Shown: positions 30,732 to 46,137 of the stretch, piece by piece | Position numbering within the stretch: position 1 is the stretch's first letter | Layout: the number at the start of each line of letters is the position of its first letter | NCBI RefSeq assembly: GCF_009914755.1 | Contig: NC_060934.1 | Source of the DNA: the human T2T-CHM13v2.0 reference genome, Homo sapiens | Length of the DNA: 64,000 bases | Direction: 5' to 3' (one strand) | Position numbers and translations under genes: made by a program | Notes under the pieces: generated by a model | Seen by the model: the letters and a program-made list of their open reading frames with translations, nothing else | Database searches by the model: none | What the model was told of the DNA's origin: nothing

Positions 30732-32935
30732 TGATAAACAGGATACCACATATGATGATGGTTAAAGATGAACTAGACCTGACTTTTAAGTTTTCTCAGC
30801 AAGGAGGGGTGTTGCCTGGGCTCAATGGAAAAGCTTGGCTTTGAAGTTGAGTCACAGACTTAGATTTGGAAATTGCCTTTGCCACTTGTTAATGAAAACA
30901 CTTCTTTCCCACTCCCGATTTTTCCAGTTTGAAAAGACAACCCAGTTGTGTAACTATGGGCCTCTCCCTACCCCTTTATATTCATTTTAGCCCTGGAAAT
31001 TAAAGTGATGTATCTGAATGATAGATTTGGGAAAGGTAGCCAGGAAGGTTCTGCTCAGATCCAGTTTTCAATCTATGGGCACAGAGAGTGAGCAGTCTCC
31101 TCTTCTCTCCAAAGCCTACTTCTGCAAAGAGTGTGCCTGGCCTGGGCCAGCACCACAGTCATTGGGTAGGGGAGTGTGCCTATCTCAGGGATTCAGTTAG
31201 CAGGCCCACGTGGCTCAGACACTAAGCCAGTCCTCGCCTGGCCTCCATCAGGAATAAAGGAGATATTTTGTCATTGACCTTTCCTTATCTTTACTTATTG
31301 AAAGCTCCTTCAGAGATGCCCCAGCATCACCTGCTGGTTTTGTGATCATTAGCAGATTACTCAACTTTTTTCAGTCTTAGTTTCTGCATTTTCAAACTGG
31401 GGATGGTTGATATGGAGATAAAAGAAAACATATACATCAAAGTCTGGCACCAATGCAGTGCTGGTGTTGGCATGGAATTATCATAATGTCTCCTTATATG
31501 TGTAAGGCCTTCTATACTTTTCAAAAGACTTTCACTTATATTAGCTCATTTGTCACAATCTGATCATTTATGGGGGAAAACAGCAAAAATAAAAATATTC
31601 CAGTCCCAGCACTGGGGCATTATAGTAATACACATAGGATGCTTTTATCAAACCAATGGAGGCCATTCAAGAATGCATCTTATCAATGCCTAGGTCTTAT
31701 TATTGACTCAAAATATTTACATTCCTTTGTTAACAGCACTACCACAACTTACTGTGCATCAGTTCAATGGTAAGGACTGACCTAGGCCCATACATTCATT
31801 TTTTGTTTGAGTTGTCAGAACCTATTAGCCCTGAGAGTAATGGAGCCATTTGACAGATGAGGAAAATGAGGTTTAGAAAGACTTCAAAAACTAGGCAATA
31901 CAAAGTCAACACCTAGCACTGGGTGGCTTTAATAGAACACTATGTTAAAGAAAAATTCACACGGAATTTTTAATAATTTTTATTCCCATGTCAAAGATAA
32001 TATGAATAAGCACATTACTTTTCATTTTGGAAGTGATGTCAAGGATTATTCAACTGAAAATGCACATTATTTAATGGAGTCCAAAGCCTGACTAATGATG
32101 ATATCACCGTCTCCAAGAGCTTAATACTTTCCAAAAATAGTTTCTCACTAGTCCTATTCATCAGAGCAAAGAGGAGAACAAGTACACACTGGCCTTACAA
32201 ACAAGGACACACCCAAATGCCCAGGTCTGGAAATAATTGTCCAGGCAGGGAAGGAAAGAGGCAGGGTCAAGAAAGTGTTTGCAAGAGAGAGAGAAAAAAA
32301 GGAGAAATCCAATTAACTCCAACATTAGTAATTCTCTACGTTGCTGACTGTCAACCTCCAGTGCTAGATGACATGAGTTAAGGTCTAGAACTAACCCTGC
32401 AAGTTTCCTTATCTAACAGCTCTACCATCTATGGGTGAAGGTGGTCTTGCAAATTAACTGGTAGCCTTGACAGGCTAATGTTAACAGCAACCAGGAAATC
32501 TCCCAATAACAGGTCACATGCAACACTCAGTGCAACAATTCTGGGAGATTGTAAATACAATTTAGTTTAGTAACAGTTGGATGATACAATCAGACTAGGA
32601 GCCACAGAAAGTAAAGGGCTATCAGGGATAACTTCACTCTACGGCCACAACTTGGACAGGGCCAAGGCAGAGGAAGTCATGTGGGTGTCAGTTCCCCACA
32701 CGAAGAATAAGATGACTTGGGTTTGAATCAGGCTCTGTCACTCCATAGCCCAGTGACTGGCAAGTCAAAAAACTCACTGAATCTCCATTTCTGCATTAGG
32801 GTGACAGGTAGAAAATATTAATTGCCCTGATTCACTGTGAGAATGGAATGACCCAAGTAATGTGAAAGTGGCTTGAAAACTCTAAATTACCATGCAAACA
32901 AAAACACAGATGATGCTAATCTCATACCCCTAGAT

Positions 32936-33255
32936 ATTTATTTATTTTATTTTTTGAGACAGAGTCTCACTCTGTCGCCTAGGCTCAAGTGCAGTGGCGC
33001 TATCTGTGCTGGCTCACTGAAACCTCTGCCTCCTGGGTTCAAGCAATTCTCCTGCCTCAGCCTCCCCAGTAGCTGGGATTACAGGCATGTGCCACCACGC
33101 CCAGCTGATTTTATTTTATTTTTTTTTTGTATTTTTAGTAGAGATGGGGTTTCACCATGTTGGCCAGGCAGGTCTCGAACTCCTGGCTTAACTGATCTAC
33201 CCACCTTGGCCTCCCAAAGTGCTGGGATTACAGGAATGAGCCACTGTGCCCAGCC
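32936..33255 (-). mobile_element. AluS
   Basis: Antisense Alu dimer; degenerate TSD acc(c/t)ctagat(a/t)ttta. Confidence 0.92.
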
Positions 33256-35186
33256 TACCTCTAGATTTTTAATAATTGAAGATAATTTATTTCTTATATT
33301 TCTATAATGTTGCATCCCTCTATGTAGATATTTAGGATAGCATATCCTTTTCACATCACAGGGAGAAGTCAGAGCTGCCTGCTGGATTAACAGAAATAAT
33401 AGTGGTGTTTTTGCTTTGCAAAATACTTGTCTACGCATCGATTCTTCCCATGGCTAACATGCTTTACTCAGATCTGCTATGCTTTGCTTATTAGAGTGGC
33501 ACTATTGCCTAGTGGCCAGCAGGAGAATGGGTTTAAGCACCCATCAGGTTTACAGTCCATTCTCAGCTCTACCGCCTAATAGCTGTGGACAAGCTATTTA
33601 ACTGGACAAGCTAAACACTCCTCACAGCCCTAGTCTCCTCGTCTGTAAAGTGGTAATCATAATACCCCTTCCATTAGGTAGCCAAAAGCACGAAATGAGA
33701 TGATGCATTTAATAAAATATTGTGGCAGGTAGTGTATTAAGTATTATAATTATTGTGACGTGCAGTGGATATTGAGTGAAATGGCAAACCGCGACCCAAA
33801 TAGATAGTAGTAGGTTTAAACATCCAGCACTACTACATGGAAACACTTTTAAGAAATGGATTCCATAAAAGGAAACCTGACACAAGTAGTAAAATAAAAT
33901 AAAAATTAAAGGCCTACTATAATAGAAAAAGCAGGTCTTTTTTCCCTTACAGTATTTATTTTCTTGAAGTCAACTATTATTACTCTTAAGACTTATTTTG
34001 AGAATAGCATATAAAGAAATTTCGTTCATTAAATTTCCGAATTGGATTGATTTCAAGACAATCTGGTTATGAACTCGAACAAAAGAAGGTGAATCAAGGT
34101 CAGAGTGGAAGCTGAGCGTGTCAACACCCAGCTTGAGACATCAAAACTAACTGCACTACCTTAAGGAAGTCACAATACCAACTTCTCTGCCTTAAAACAA
34201 AAAATCTGTAATCTTGCTGACCAATTGTTGAGAGGTGTTGAATGCATCACCTGAATAATGCTGGCAAAGCACATTGAAGAGAGAAAGCAGCATATTAAAT
34301 GTCACCAGTCAAAGATGCCTATCTTCTAGGGGGACTATCTCTAGCAAATCTTTAATCTGAGGCTGGCTACCTTCTGCCACCATGCACGTTTCTGAGCACC
34401 CCCCTTAGAAATTAGCTTATGTGAAAGAAACAGCAAGGTTAATCTGCCGACGGGTGTGGGAGATGGGGGTGGGAGTGTGGGTGGAATAGGGTTGAGAGGT
34501 AGAGGAGGAAAATCTGACTGTTAGCATAGGCAGTCTTTTGGGTTAGGTATTCTTCTCCCTTCCTATTACTGAGGTAATTGAAAATGCTTGGATCTTGAAA
34601 ATACGAGCAGGAAGTTTCTTCTGAAGAATGCTCCAATTTTCACACTACTTGCTAACATATCAAATTGTACATTACACATTATATGACTAAATGTATATGA
34701 AATCATCCTTAGCCTCAAAAAAGACCAAGTCCAATCCAAAGGAACCAGAATCCTTGGCTGTGAAATAAATGAGAAGAGTTATGGGGTGGAAGATGTGACA
34801 GCAGCCTTCCTGTACATGATGGCTATAATGAGGCCTCCAATATCACTTACAGAATTTTCTCCACAGTCAGCATTCAAACAGCCAGTGCAACTGTTGACAT
34901 CATAGTCTAGTTAAGTCTTCTAAACCAGTCACTATTGAAGGCCTGCCACTAGTCCCCTCAGGAACAAACCATGTAGGCAAATCTGGTCTGAAAAGGAAGT
35001 CTTCAAAAGAAAGAAATCTACTCAGAGAGAGAACAGGGCCAAACAGCTGTCCCATTCCTCTCTTTTCACAGATGCACTGCCCCTAAGTCAACAGAACTAC
35101 AAGGAAATGGAAGGTGTTCATTTTAGAGTGATCAATTGGCAAGGGGCTCCTTTCTAAAGTTTTTGTTTAGAAATACCCAAGTTTAT

Positions 35187-35519
<333 letters not shown>

Positions 35520-36481
35520 TTAAATCATAGTTCCTCATTTTCTCTTTTGTTAATATTGGATTTACTTATTTCTAGAGAAAAAGCATAAAATAATAGAATC
35601 TCAAGGTTGAATGGCACTTTAAGATGCTAGACGTTTTATGTTCCCATTGATATGTGGTTGTTCCTACCAGGTTTCATTACCACCAATAGCAACCACATTA
35701 GTAATGACAGAAAACCAAACTGAACTGGTTTAAGATACTCCCTTTCCAGGGATGGGGGAAGACTGAAATTAAATTGCTGGTTTATATGGCAAGAAAATCT
35801 GTATGGTGCTAACTTCAAGGTCGGTTGAATCCAGCTCAAATGATGGTAGGAATCATTGGTCTTCACATTCTACTCCCAGCAGCTTTGGACGTATGTCATC
35901 TTTATAGCTTAGGAACCCCAGTAGAGTTTCTCTTTCCCAAAAGGTTAGACAAAGTCTCAAATTTGAGTCTCACTAGATGGGCTCAGATTTCACTTTTTAT
36001 CCTAAAGTAATTGCTGTAATCCAGGAGATAGGAATGCTCTGAACGGCCAGAATTGGGTCTCACTGTTGCAGAACAGGAGGGACTTATGCCCCTTCTAAAC
36101 AACATTAGCTGAGAAATGGGTGGGGTTAGGGATTCGACCATCAGATCCAGGCACTGCCACGGAAATGGGTATATGTGGAAAGCCAAATGGGTGTATGCAG
36201 GCAAAACCAACCGACATCGATAAGTGACTTATGCTTTTCTCCCATCTTTGAATGACTCTATAAAAAATCATACTGAATTACATGTTTCTGCCTACAGTAT
36301 ATACATACCTTTTAGTCTTACAACTAATTCTGGTGTCATTTAAAGGAAGATAAACTAATTGGTTAGCCTGCTAAATATTTGTAAACTGATGTCATGCCTT
36401 CTACCTTTTATCTGTCTGAAGGTCAAATAGTTCCATTCCTGTAATGATGCCTTCCATGCCATAATTTTTAGTTTTTCATAC

Positions 36482-36777
36482 TTTTTTTTTTTTTTTGGAG
36501 ACAGAGTCTCGCTCTGTCTCCCAGGCTGGAGTGCAGTGGTGCGATCTCGGCTCACTGCAACCTCCACCTACTGGTTCAAGCGATTTTCCTGCTTCAGCCT
36601 CCCAAGTAGCTGGGATTACAGGAACGTGCCACCATGCCCGGCTAATTTTTTGTAGTTTTAGTACAGACGGGGTTTCACCGTGTTAGCCAGGATGGTCTCG
36701 ATCTCCTTACCTCGTGATCTGCCCACCTTGGCCTCCCAAAGTGCTGGAATTACAGATGTGAGCCACCGCGCCCGGCC
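36482..36777 (-). mobile_element. Alu (AluY/Sc-like)
   Basis: ccgtgttagccaggatggtctcgatctcc; TSD agtt(t/c)ttcatactttt. Confidence 0.93.
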
Positions 36778-37043
36778 AGTTCTTCATACTTTTTATAATT
36801 GTTACTGAATATGTCAGTTCTTTTTAAAGCACATTGAATAAATAAAAGACTTTATTAGGATTAGAAATAAACGTTAACAAAGAACACTGTCTAAATATAA
36901 TCTTTCATGCTAAAAAATACATCACGATGGTGGTTCTGTGGCCCAACCAAGAATACTAGCAAGTATAAAATCCTGGAGGAGAGACTATAAATTACGTGGA
37001 CTCCTCAAGGGCCTTTTTCTTGCACTGAGCAATGCAGATGTAG

Positions 37044-37460
<417 letters not shown>

Positions 37461-38213
37461 CTCTTCATCTTTTTAATGGGGTTAACAAATTATTTCATAG
37501 GGATATTGTGAACTATAAACAACTTAATACTGCTAAATCACTTAGAATAGTTCCAGGCATATAATAGGAGCTCAAAATTAGCTGTTTTCACCACCACCAT
37601 AAGTGTTACCACCATTATATCTCCTGACACTGAAGGTATCTAGTGAATAGCATTCCATTTATGTAATGAGCACTGTCTAATCTGGATCACACACAGTAAT
37701 GTGTCTTAAGTACATTAGCTGTACCAGACAGTTGCTTTCAATAATTACATCAGAAGAAATGAAAGCACCATGCTATTACATTCATCCCAGACAATCAGGC
37801 TTCAGTTTAGACTCATCCCTTTATTTATTAAATCCTATTTGGAGAGGAATGGAATGTTTCCAAGCACAGGTGTTGCTCTCAGACAATCTGACACATACAA
37901 ATCTGAGCTTATAAAACAAATACATTAGATGTTGACATACCAATACACACCAAGCTTCCAGTGAGAGTTGCCTTAAATCGGCAGTTACTAACTAAAGGTA
38001 CACCTTAGAATTGTCAGGGGAACCCTTAAAAATACATATGCCCAAGAACCCAGACATGGAAATTCTGATTCTGCAGGCATCTTGCTTTTAAAAGAGCCAC
38101 AGGTAATTCCATTGGGCACCCCCAGTTAAGAATACTGACTATGAATCAGTGGCTTTCAACCTTGGGTTCATTTAGAATTGCATGCCCAGTCTCTACACAG
38201 GCCAAAGAAATCA

Positions 38214-38560
<347 letters not shown>

Positions 38561-40524
38561 CCAAAGTTCTCCAAGTGATGCTCGTAAGTGGTCTGGATTG
38601 AGCCATTGCTTTAAATAAAAAGATCTTTTGACAAATCCAAGACATGATTTCATTTACATATACATTTTCAAAAACATATCTTCAGGTAATTTTTGGCTAA
38701 CAGAATTCTTTCATGTTTTCTGATGAAATTATTGCTGTGGAAAGGCTACATTTTGAAATTTATAAATACAGAGTTAGAGGAATGAAAGACAAAAACTAAT
38801 GATTTTGTGTCACTTAATTCTAATAGAAAATGTTTAAATGCACTTCTGAAGTAAAGGGAAGGTAAAAGAATAGGAAGTTCATGATAACCTGTAACAAAAC
38901 AGTCTACTGTTGATTGTCCAGGAGGGAATTAAGTGGATTAGGACTAAGTACTCAGGCTCAACAGGGGGTGGAGATGGCTCCACCTCTCCCACTCCCCTCC
39001 CCCAGCTCTGGCCTCCACATGTGCCTTCAGCCAGCACAGGTCCCTAGAGGGTGAGGTGGCAGTCCTGCACTAATCACCCTGGGTCTCAACTACACTTTAA
39101 CTGTGGTTAATATGCAAACTGATTAATCAGCAGGATAATAAAGAGGCAACTGTACTTTGTATGAGTGAGATCTACTCATTGAAAAAGAGAAGTGTATGAG
39201 AGTTCATTTTTACTCATTTTTCACCTTTACTTGTCAGGGCAAATTTAACTGGGCAATGACAGTGCAGTTTTAAATCTGACAGTAAGTTATATGTCATTGC
39301 TTTGGGAATTCTAAATACTGAAAACTTCTTTCACGCTTTCCAACAAAATTATTACTGTGGAAGAGCTATATTTTGAACATTATAAATACAAAATTAGAGA
39401 AATGAAAAACAGAAACTAATAATTTTGTCATTTAATCCTAAAGTGTTTAAATGCACTTCTGAAGTAAATGCTTCCCATGAGTCTTGCACAGTGTATCTAG
39501 ACACTTCTGTCTGCCAGCTTCTTCTTTGAGCAATTAGCCTTTTCCTTCTCCTCTGTATCTATAATTTTATTTATCTATAATAATAGACAGAGATGCATTA
39601 GCTTTTTTTAGTCTCAAAACTAGAGACTTAAAAAGTTAATGCACCTCTTTCAGGATTTTTCCTCCTTCCTCCAAGTTACTATTTTGAAATTGTTCACACA
39701 AATGAAAAAGTTGAAAAACTGTATAAAAAATACCCATGTACCTTCCACCTGGATTCAACAATTAACATTGCTATATTTGCTTTAACTTTATCCACATGCA
39801 TTTTGGCTGAACTATTTGGAAATAAATAGTTGAATTAATGATTGCTTAATTCTGGAAAACTTCAGCATGCATACCCCAATATTCTCTGAGTAGGTCCAAT
39901 AAGTAGCAGTGATAAGCTAAGAAAATTATCAATGCTAAAATTATCACTGCTAAGAAAATGATCAATGATTTCCTACATACACAGATATCTCCAAGACATT
40001 TTCAAATGCCCCCAACAGTCCCTAAAATGTCTTTATGACTCTCATTTCCCGCTCTGAAATCTCCTGCCAATTTATTCTGGATTTGCATGGATCTGAGTAG
40101 TGTTATATGCTTATTAAACATGCTGGTTCCACAAGGAATGCCTATGTGGGTATTCTGTGCTCATTAAAGACAGCAACTTTCTGTTTCTACATTATCAACT
40201 TAAAGTTTATTTTGAAAGATTTTCAGATGTCCTATGCTCTCCTTTCCTCTGATGGGTCTATAGAAGTGTTCATGATGTCCACAGAGGTATTTTTGAGTTG
40301 GAAGCAACAACTGACTACAAGAGCATCAGTTTCATCTCAAAACTTCTCTTTGTCTTCTATTTCTGTTCACAAATCCTTAGTTCTGAGTAAATGCTGCCCC
40401 CACAGTCTACCTGAGTAAGTAGGTCTTGGTAATGGTTAATAGGCAATGGTGTGAGAACCCTCAGAAGCCATTTTATAGCACCACAAACACTTGCATTTTA
40501 CTTCAATGTTGATGTGCAGAAGGT

Positions 40525-40620
40525 GGGTGGTAGAGTAACTATGGTGGTAATAGTGGTGGTGGTAGCAGTGGTGGAGGTGACAGTGATGATGGTAAGGTCA
40601 TGGTGATGGTGGTGGTGGTT
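40525..40620. repeat. Degenerate (GGT/GAT)n trinucleotide tract
   Basis: ggtggtaatagtggtggtggtagcagtggtggaggtgacagtgatgatggt... Confidence 0.8.
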
Positions 40621-41032
40621 CCAATTTCGGGCCCTTGACCCATAGCAAGTTAATATGCAGAAATATAAGCCACAATTAGGTTTGATCAGAAATTCCCTGG
40701 CACATGCTTTCTACATTAGCAAAGTGTCATTGATACCTGGGGAGTCTCCTTTCACCTGTGATTTTACGTTTTGTGGGGTCTCCTTAGAGTGTAGAGAATA
40801 ACAGGCATTTTTATACTTACAAGTGGTATCAATATCTCCACTGCCATCTCATTTCAATTGGGAATATGAAAAGAGCAGGATTACAGACTGAAATAATGAC
40901 CACAGCCAACCAAGCAGAAAATTTCAACCAATTCCTGGCAACACCTTATACCCAAGACTTAGTTTCATTATTTGAGACAAGTGCTTTCTCTAGTGCTAAT
41001 ACCCATTTAAAACCCATGACATGCTATTGCAC

Positions 41033-41388
41033 TGAAATGGTTTGGCTGTGTCCCCATCCAAATCTCATCTTGAATTGTAGCTCCCACAATTCTCACCTGT
41101 TGTGGGAGGGACCTGGTGGGAGGTAACTGAATCATAGGGGCAGGTATTTCCCGTGCTGTTCTCGTGATACTGAATAAGTCTCACAAGATCTGATGGTTTT
41201 ATAAGGGGGAGTTGCCCTGCACAAATTCTCTTCTTGCCTGCCACCATGTAAGATGTCTCTTTCTCTTCCACAATAATTGTGAGGCCTCCCCAGCCATGTG
41301 GAACTGTGAGTCAATTAAACCTCTTTTCTTTATAAATTACCCAGTCTCTAGTATGTCTTTATTAGCAGTGTGAGAACAGACTAATACA
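41033..41388 (+). mobile_element. THE1 solo LTR (ERVL-MaLR)
   Basis: TG...CA ends, tgaaatggtttggctgtgtcccc...gaacagactaataca, and 5-bp TSD tgcac. Confidence 0.93.
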
Positions 41389-41399
41389 TGCACCTATAA

Positions 41400-41788
<389 letters not shown>

Positions 41789-42422
41789 TAGAGAGTAAAA
41801 AGTAATAAAATATATATTGTAGGTTCCTATGAAGTACAACACACATATGTAGGTCTAGACATCAGCATCTGCAGACATGTGGGAGTCCCAAAAGTCTACC
41901 TATTGCTTAACTTCTAACTTGGCTATGATATGTGACTATCATTTATTCATCTGCTCCAATTCACGTTCATTGTGCAGTAAGTCAAAAAGCCCAGCATGAT
42001 TTCACCAATTATTTACATTGTTTAAATATTATAAGCCACCTTTAAAAGTTTTATTGTCCAGATAGTTTCATCTGTCATTAAATCACTACTGTGCATACTT
42101 TAAGCCAGGTATTATCTGTGTAGTAATTATTCCAGGACCATCCTGAGCCCACAGGCAGGAAGACTGTGGTACTGGAACTTCTTATAGTAACCCGCTATCT
42201 ATTCAACCACAATTATTGGAAGAAAACAATTACACAAACACCAAATGCATGTAGCAGAGATTCTGGTAGAAAGCAAAATACTATCACATCTTCAGACACC
42301 CATCAAAGGCAGCTTTGAAGCTAAGGGAACAAAAAATGACCAGTCTCATCTTTACTTACTAAAAACAATTCTAACAAATTCCAACATAGATACACAGTTT
42401 GTTTAGCAAAATACAACATTCA

Positions 42423-42711
42423 GGCTGGGTGCGGTGGTTCACACCTGTTCCCAGCACTTTGGGAGGCCGAGGCAGGTGTATCACTTAAGGTCAGGAGTTC
42501 TAGACCAGCCTGGCCAACATGGTGAAACCCCGTCTCTACTAAAAATACAAAAATTAGCTGGGTGTGGTGGTGCGCCTGTGGTCCCAGCTACTTAGGAGGC
42601 TGAGGCATGAGAATCACTTGAGCCCAGGAGGCAGAGGCTGCAGTGAGCTGACATCATGCCACTGCACTCCAGCCTGGGTGACAGAGACTCTGTCTCCAAA
42701 AACAAACAAAA
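42423..42711 (+). mobile_element. AluS
   Basis: Sense Alu; TSD aacattca. Confidence 0.92.
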
Positions 42712-43053
42712 ACATTCATGAGGTTAATACCAGCAACTTCAGCTACCAATGATTATCAACTCTCCTTTTAAAAAACTGAAATAGATTTGACCTAGAGAAG
42801 AGAAAGGTAACTACACATCTCCTAGGACTTTCTGAGTTCCTCTCTGATATTCCTATCTTCCTCACCTGCAGAAGATAGGAATATTTCTGCTTATAGTACA
42901 ACTTATTTTTTTTTTAACTGGCGAGTACCAGAAGATTTACAAATGTAAAATCAAACATGCAGAAATATATTTTTTGTCACAAGACAGAGAGCTTGATTAA
43001 ATCATACAAATGTAAGTTTAATGGTCAAAGGCTATTTTGAAAAGAATGCATAC

Positions 43054-43156
43054 CTGCTCTTTGGATGGCACAAGGAGTTCTTCAATCATCATGCTGTCCC
43101 GTGCATAGGAGCTTCTGTTCAAGGTGTAAGACCTATCCGAACTGAAGGAGCGGAGG
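43054..43156 (-). CDS. ANK3: ANK3 core exon, 103 nt: (S)LRSFSSDRSYTLNRSSYARDSMMIEELLVPSKEQ
   Basis: Acceptor tacaacag|CCTCCG and donor GAGCAG|gtatgc; phase 2 in, phase 0 out. Continues the frame of the 47754-47877 exon. Confidence 0.96.
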
Positions 43157-44984
43157 CTGTTGTATTTACAGTTAACCATTCAACAGTGGTAGATGATGAT
43201 GAGATGAATAAAAAAAAATTAATGCATGCAACTTTAAGAACAGGCAAGATGGCTAAAAATATCAACAAAAGTTGTTCTTGAAAGGACATAGTGAAAAGTA
43301 AAATCCCTTGTATTTGAGAAAATGTCTTCAGTGTAGACAACCTTATGATTAGAATTTGTTTAAAATTAGGCCAATTTTGAGAATATGAAATGCATGAAAA
43401 CTTTGGATGTTTCACTATGAAGTTGAACTGACATGACAATTGAGAAGAACCAGATGATTCTAGATAGTTGACAGATTTTTCTAGGATGAGATCTTATGTT
43501 AGAATGTCTCCTCTTTCTGGTCTATGTCTACTTGACATGCGCTACTGATAAGAATTATGTCTACTTTAAATGGGTCTGTTTATAAGTCTTTGGGACTTAC
43601 TGAGAACTCTGGTTTGTTGTTGCTACTCATAGAAAACATCAAGAAGGAAGTAGTGTTATGAATACACTTTGCATGATCCTTTTTGCCATCTTCCTGGCTT
43701 TGAGGAAACATTCATATTCCCTGCATGGTTATTTGGTCTTTTCTGCAAATATTCTTTCTTTGCTCTACTGTTGTCTTTCTAGCTCCTCCAACTGTTCTTT
43801 CCAGCCACTGTCAAATCCTCCATATGGCCCTTGAACTTCTCAGATGCAGGTACCCTGATGCCCTGATATGCCATCATCACAGTGACCTCTAAACTAAAAC
43901 TCAATAGAGTCAGGGCCCTTGGGAGAACAGTTCTGCCATGTCACTCTCGTGACCTTGCATATATTCACATAAGTCATACAGGCAAAGACCGGAATTGAAG
44001 CTAATCTGAGTCTTCACAGAACACCCTGTGATCTTCCAGGAACTGAGAGGATGGAGGTTGGTGAGGAGCTTCCACGAGATCATCTGCTACTCACCTCCCC
44101 ATCTCACCTGGGAGGCTGTCATGAGATAGCTTTCATCACTTCCTCTTTCTAATGATGTATGAGGCTTCCTATTCTGCTCTCCTTGGAATAGAGCTGCAGA
44201 ATATAAAACCATTTAGCTGAAGTCTAGAATTGGCTCCTCGGCAATGGGGTATCCCATAACTAGCATTGTAGACATCCAGCCCCTTTTGTTCTGGTGTCCT
44301 TTTAGGTGTAGGGGACAAGGATCATGAGAAGCTAGCACCTTTCACTTCTTCTTTCACTGCCTATATAATTAAAAAACCATCTGGATCTAAAAGTGGCTTC
44401 TTGTATCTTTACCAGTTGAACCAGCCAGACTTTGGCTTTGGCCTTGCCTTTTGTGTGCTTGATGGGGAAATGAACAAAGAAGATACACATAAGAGGTAAA
44501 TAAATGATTCTTTGCATGAAACAATTTCTTTTCCCCACTGCCTGCTATACTAAAGAAAATCAGAAAGTGGGTATCCTTTTATCAAGGTACAGAGCCTCCT
44601 GACATTAGAGGCCTCATTCTAAGTGTCTACACAGATAGGTACGTACATTCTTCTAGGATTGGAGCCTTCACTTTTATCAGAATCTCAGATGGACCTCTCT
44701 TATCCCCAAACAACCATCATTCTGCAGTCATTATTTAATGTATTCAGCAAAACTTACTAAAAGACCATTATAAGCATAATTCCTGCACAGAGGAACTTAT
44801 CTAGTAAGCCACATGACTCTAGCCACTTGCACAGTCAGGCCCTCTGTGCCCAATCATGGGACCCATTACTCTCTTTTTTCCCCAGTTTCAATTGCAAGCC
44901 CTTCTTTCCGCCATTCCTGTTTCTATTCTCTTACCTTCTCTCAAATACAGTAGAAGCTTCCTAAGAGCAGGAATTCTCTAACTC

Positions 44985-45155
44985 AACACTGTCCAACAGA
45001 ACTTTATCCTATGAAGGGGATGTGCTAAATCTGAGCTATCCAACAACAGCAGCTACTGAGCACTTGAAATGTGGCTGGTGTGAACGAACAAATGAATTTA
45101 ACTAATTTTAATTTAAGTAACTATAGGTGGCTAGTGGCTACATTATTAGTGCAGC
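44985..45155. mobile_element. MER3-like hAT DNA transposon
   Basis: ctgtccaacagaacttt...gagcacttgaaatgtggct...ggctagtggctac. Confidence 0.75.
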
Positions 45156-46125
45156 TTCTAAGTATTAATAACAATGTTAAATTTTGCTCCAGTGGTGTGA
45201 TTTGAGAGTCGCCGGCCACTCTCTGCATTAGACATTCATTTCTTCAAATTATGGTCCCCATGGCATGATATGTTAACATTGGTGGTGTATGAAACAGTTT
45301 TCTATGTAGACAAACACTTAAAAGTTTTAAAAAATAATTACCTATTCATTTTAATTTCATTTTTAAATGTATCTAAACTTTGTTGATACTTCTTAAACAT
45401 CTCCTCCTTCTTTTAATTTCTCTATGAGTGCCAACTGCAGAACAGAGCCCTGAATTGGGAGCTATCAACCGAAAGGCCTAAAGATGTCTTCATTTTGCAT
45501 AATGTCTAAAGTTCCTACTTCTGATCATTCCAGACCAATTTAAATTAGACATATGGAGTCAATTAAATCCATCAAGTTTCACTCGGAATCCTTAATACTT
45601 CGAAGTACTTTCAGCTGAAAATTAAAGATTATTTGCATGGGGATCTAGAAAGCATTAAATTGTTTTCAACTAAGGCCAACTATTTGTAGCCATCAGTACA
45701 CCCTAAGTGTTAAATATAGGAAGTGTTAGAAAAACATGCCTCAGAATTCTAAATTTATACTAATTTACCTAGCACAACTCAAATAAAACAGAAACCAGCA
45801 AACAAACAGCCCTTCACATCAGGACTTTTTCTGCAAACCCAGTGAAATTCCTTTAATTACTTCATGCACTATACAAAACTTGTTAAGGGAAAGAAATTCC
45901 TTAAGTATCTGGTAAATTTTGCGTAAGTAATATTTATTATATACTTTCTACTTTTCTTAAAATCAGAAAATTTTTACTGATGTTTCTAAAGCTTTTGAGC
46001 AGAAAAAAAGAAAGCACATCGCAGCACATCACAGCACATCACATTACAATGCTAAAGAAAATAAAAATGAGAGCATGAGCCAGGAGAAGGAAGAGAAACA
46101 CTATAAAAGTGCCATGTCTTCTTAC

Positions 46126-46137
46126 CTTATCTTGGGA
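46126..46137 (-). CDS. ANK3: 12-nt microexon TCCCAAGATAAG, inserting SPKI
   Basis: aaaatag|TCCCAAGATAAG|gtaaga, preceded by a long U-rich tract; phase 2-2, frame-preserving. Confidence 0.82.

Noticed and set aside
46011-46044. Short repeats here and at 13311-13374 as CRISPR-like arrays
   Set aside because: Only two or three units, no spacer structure, and a mammalian intronic context.
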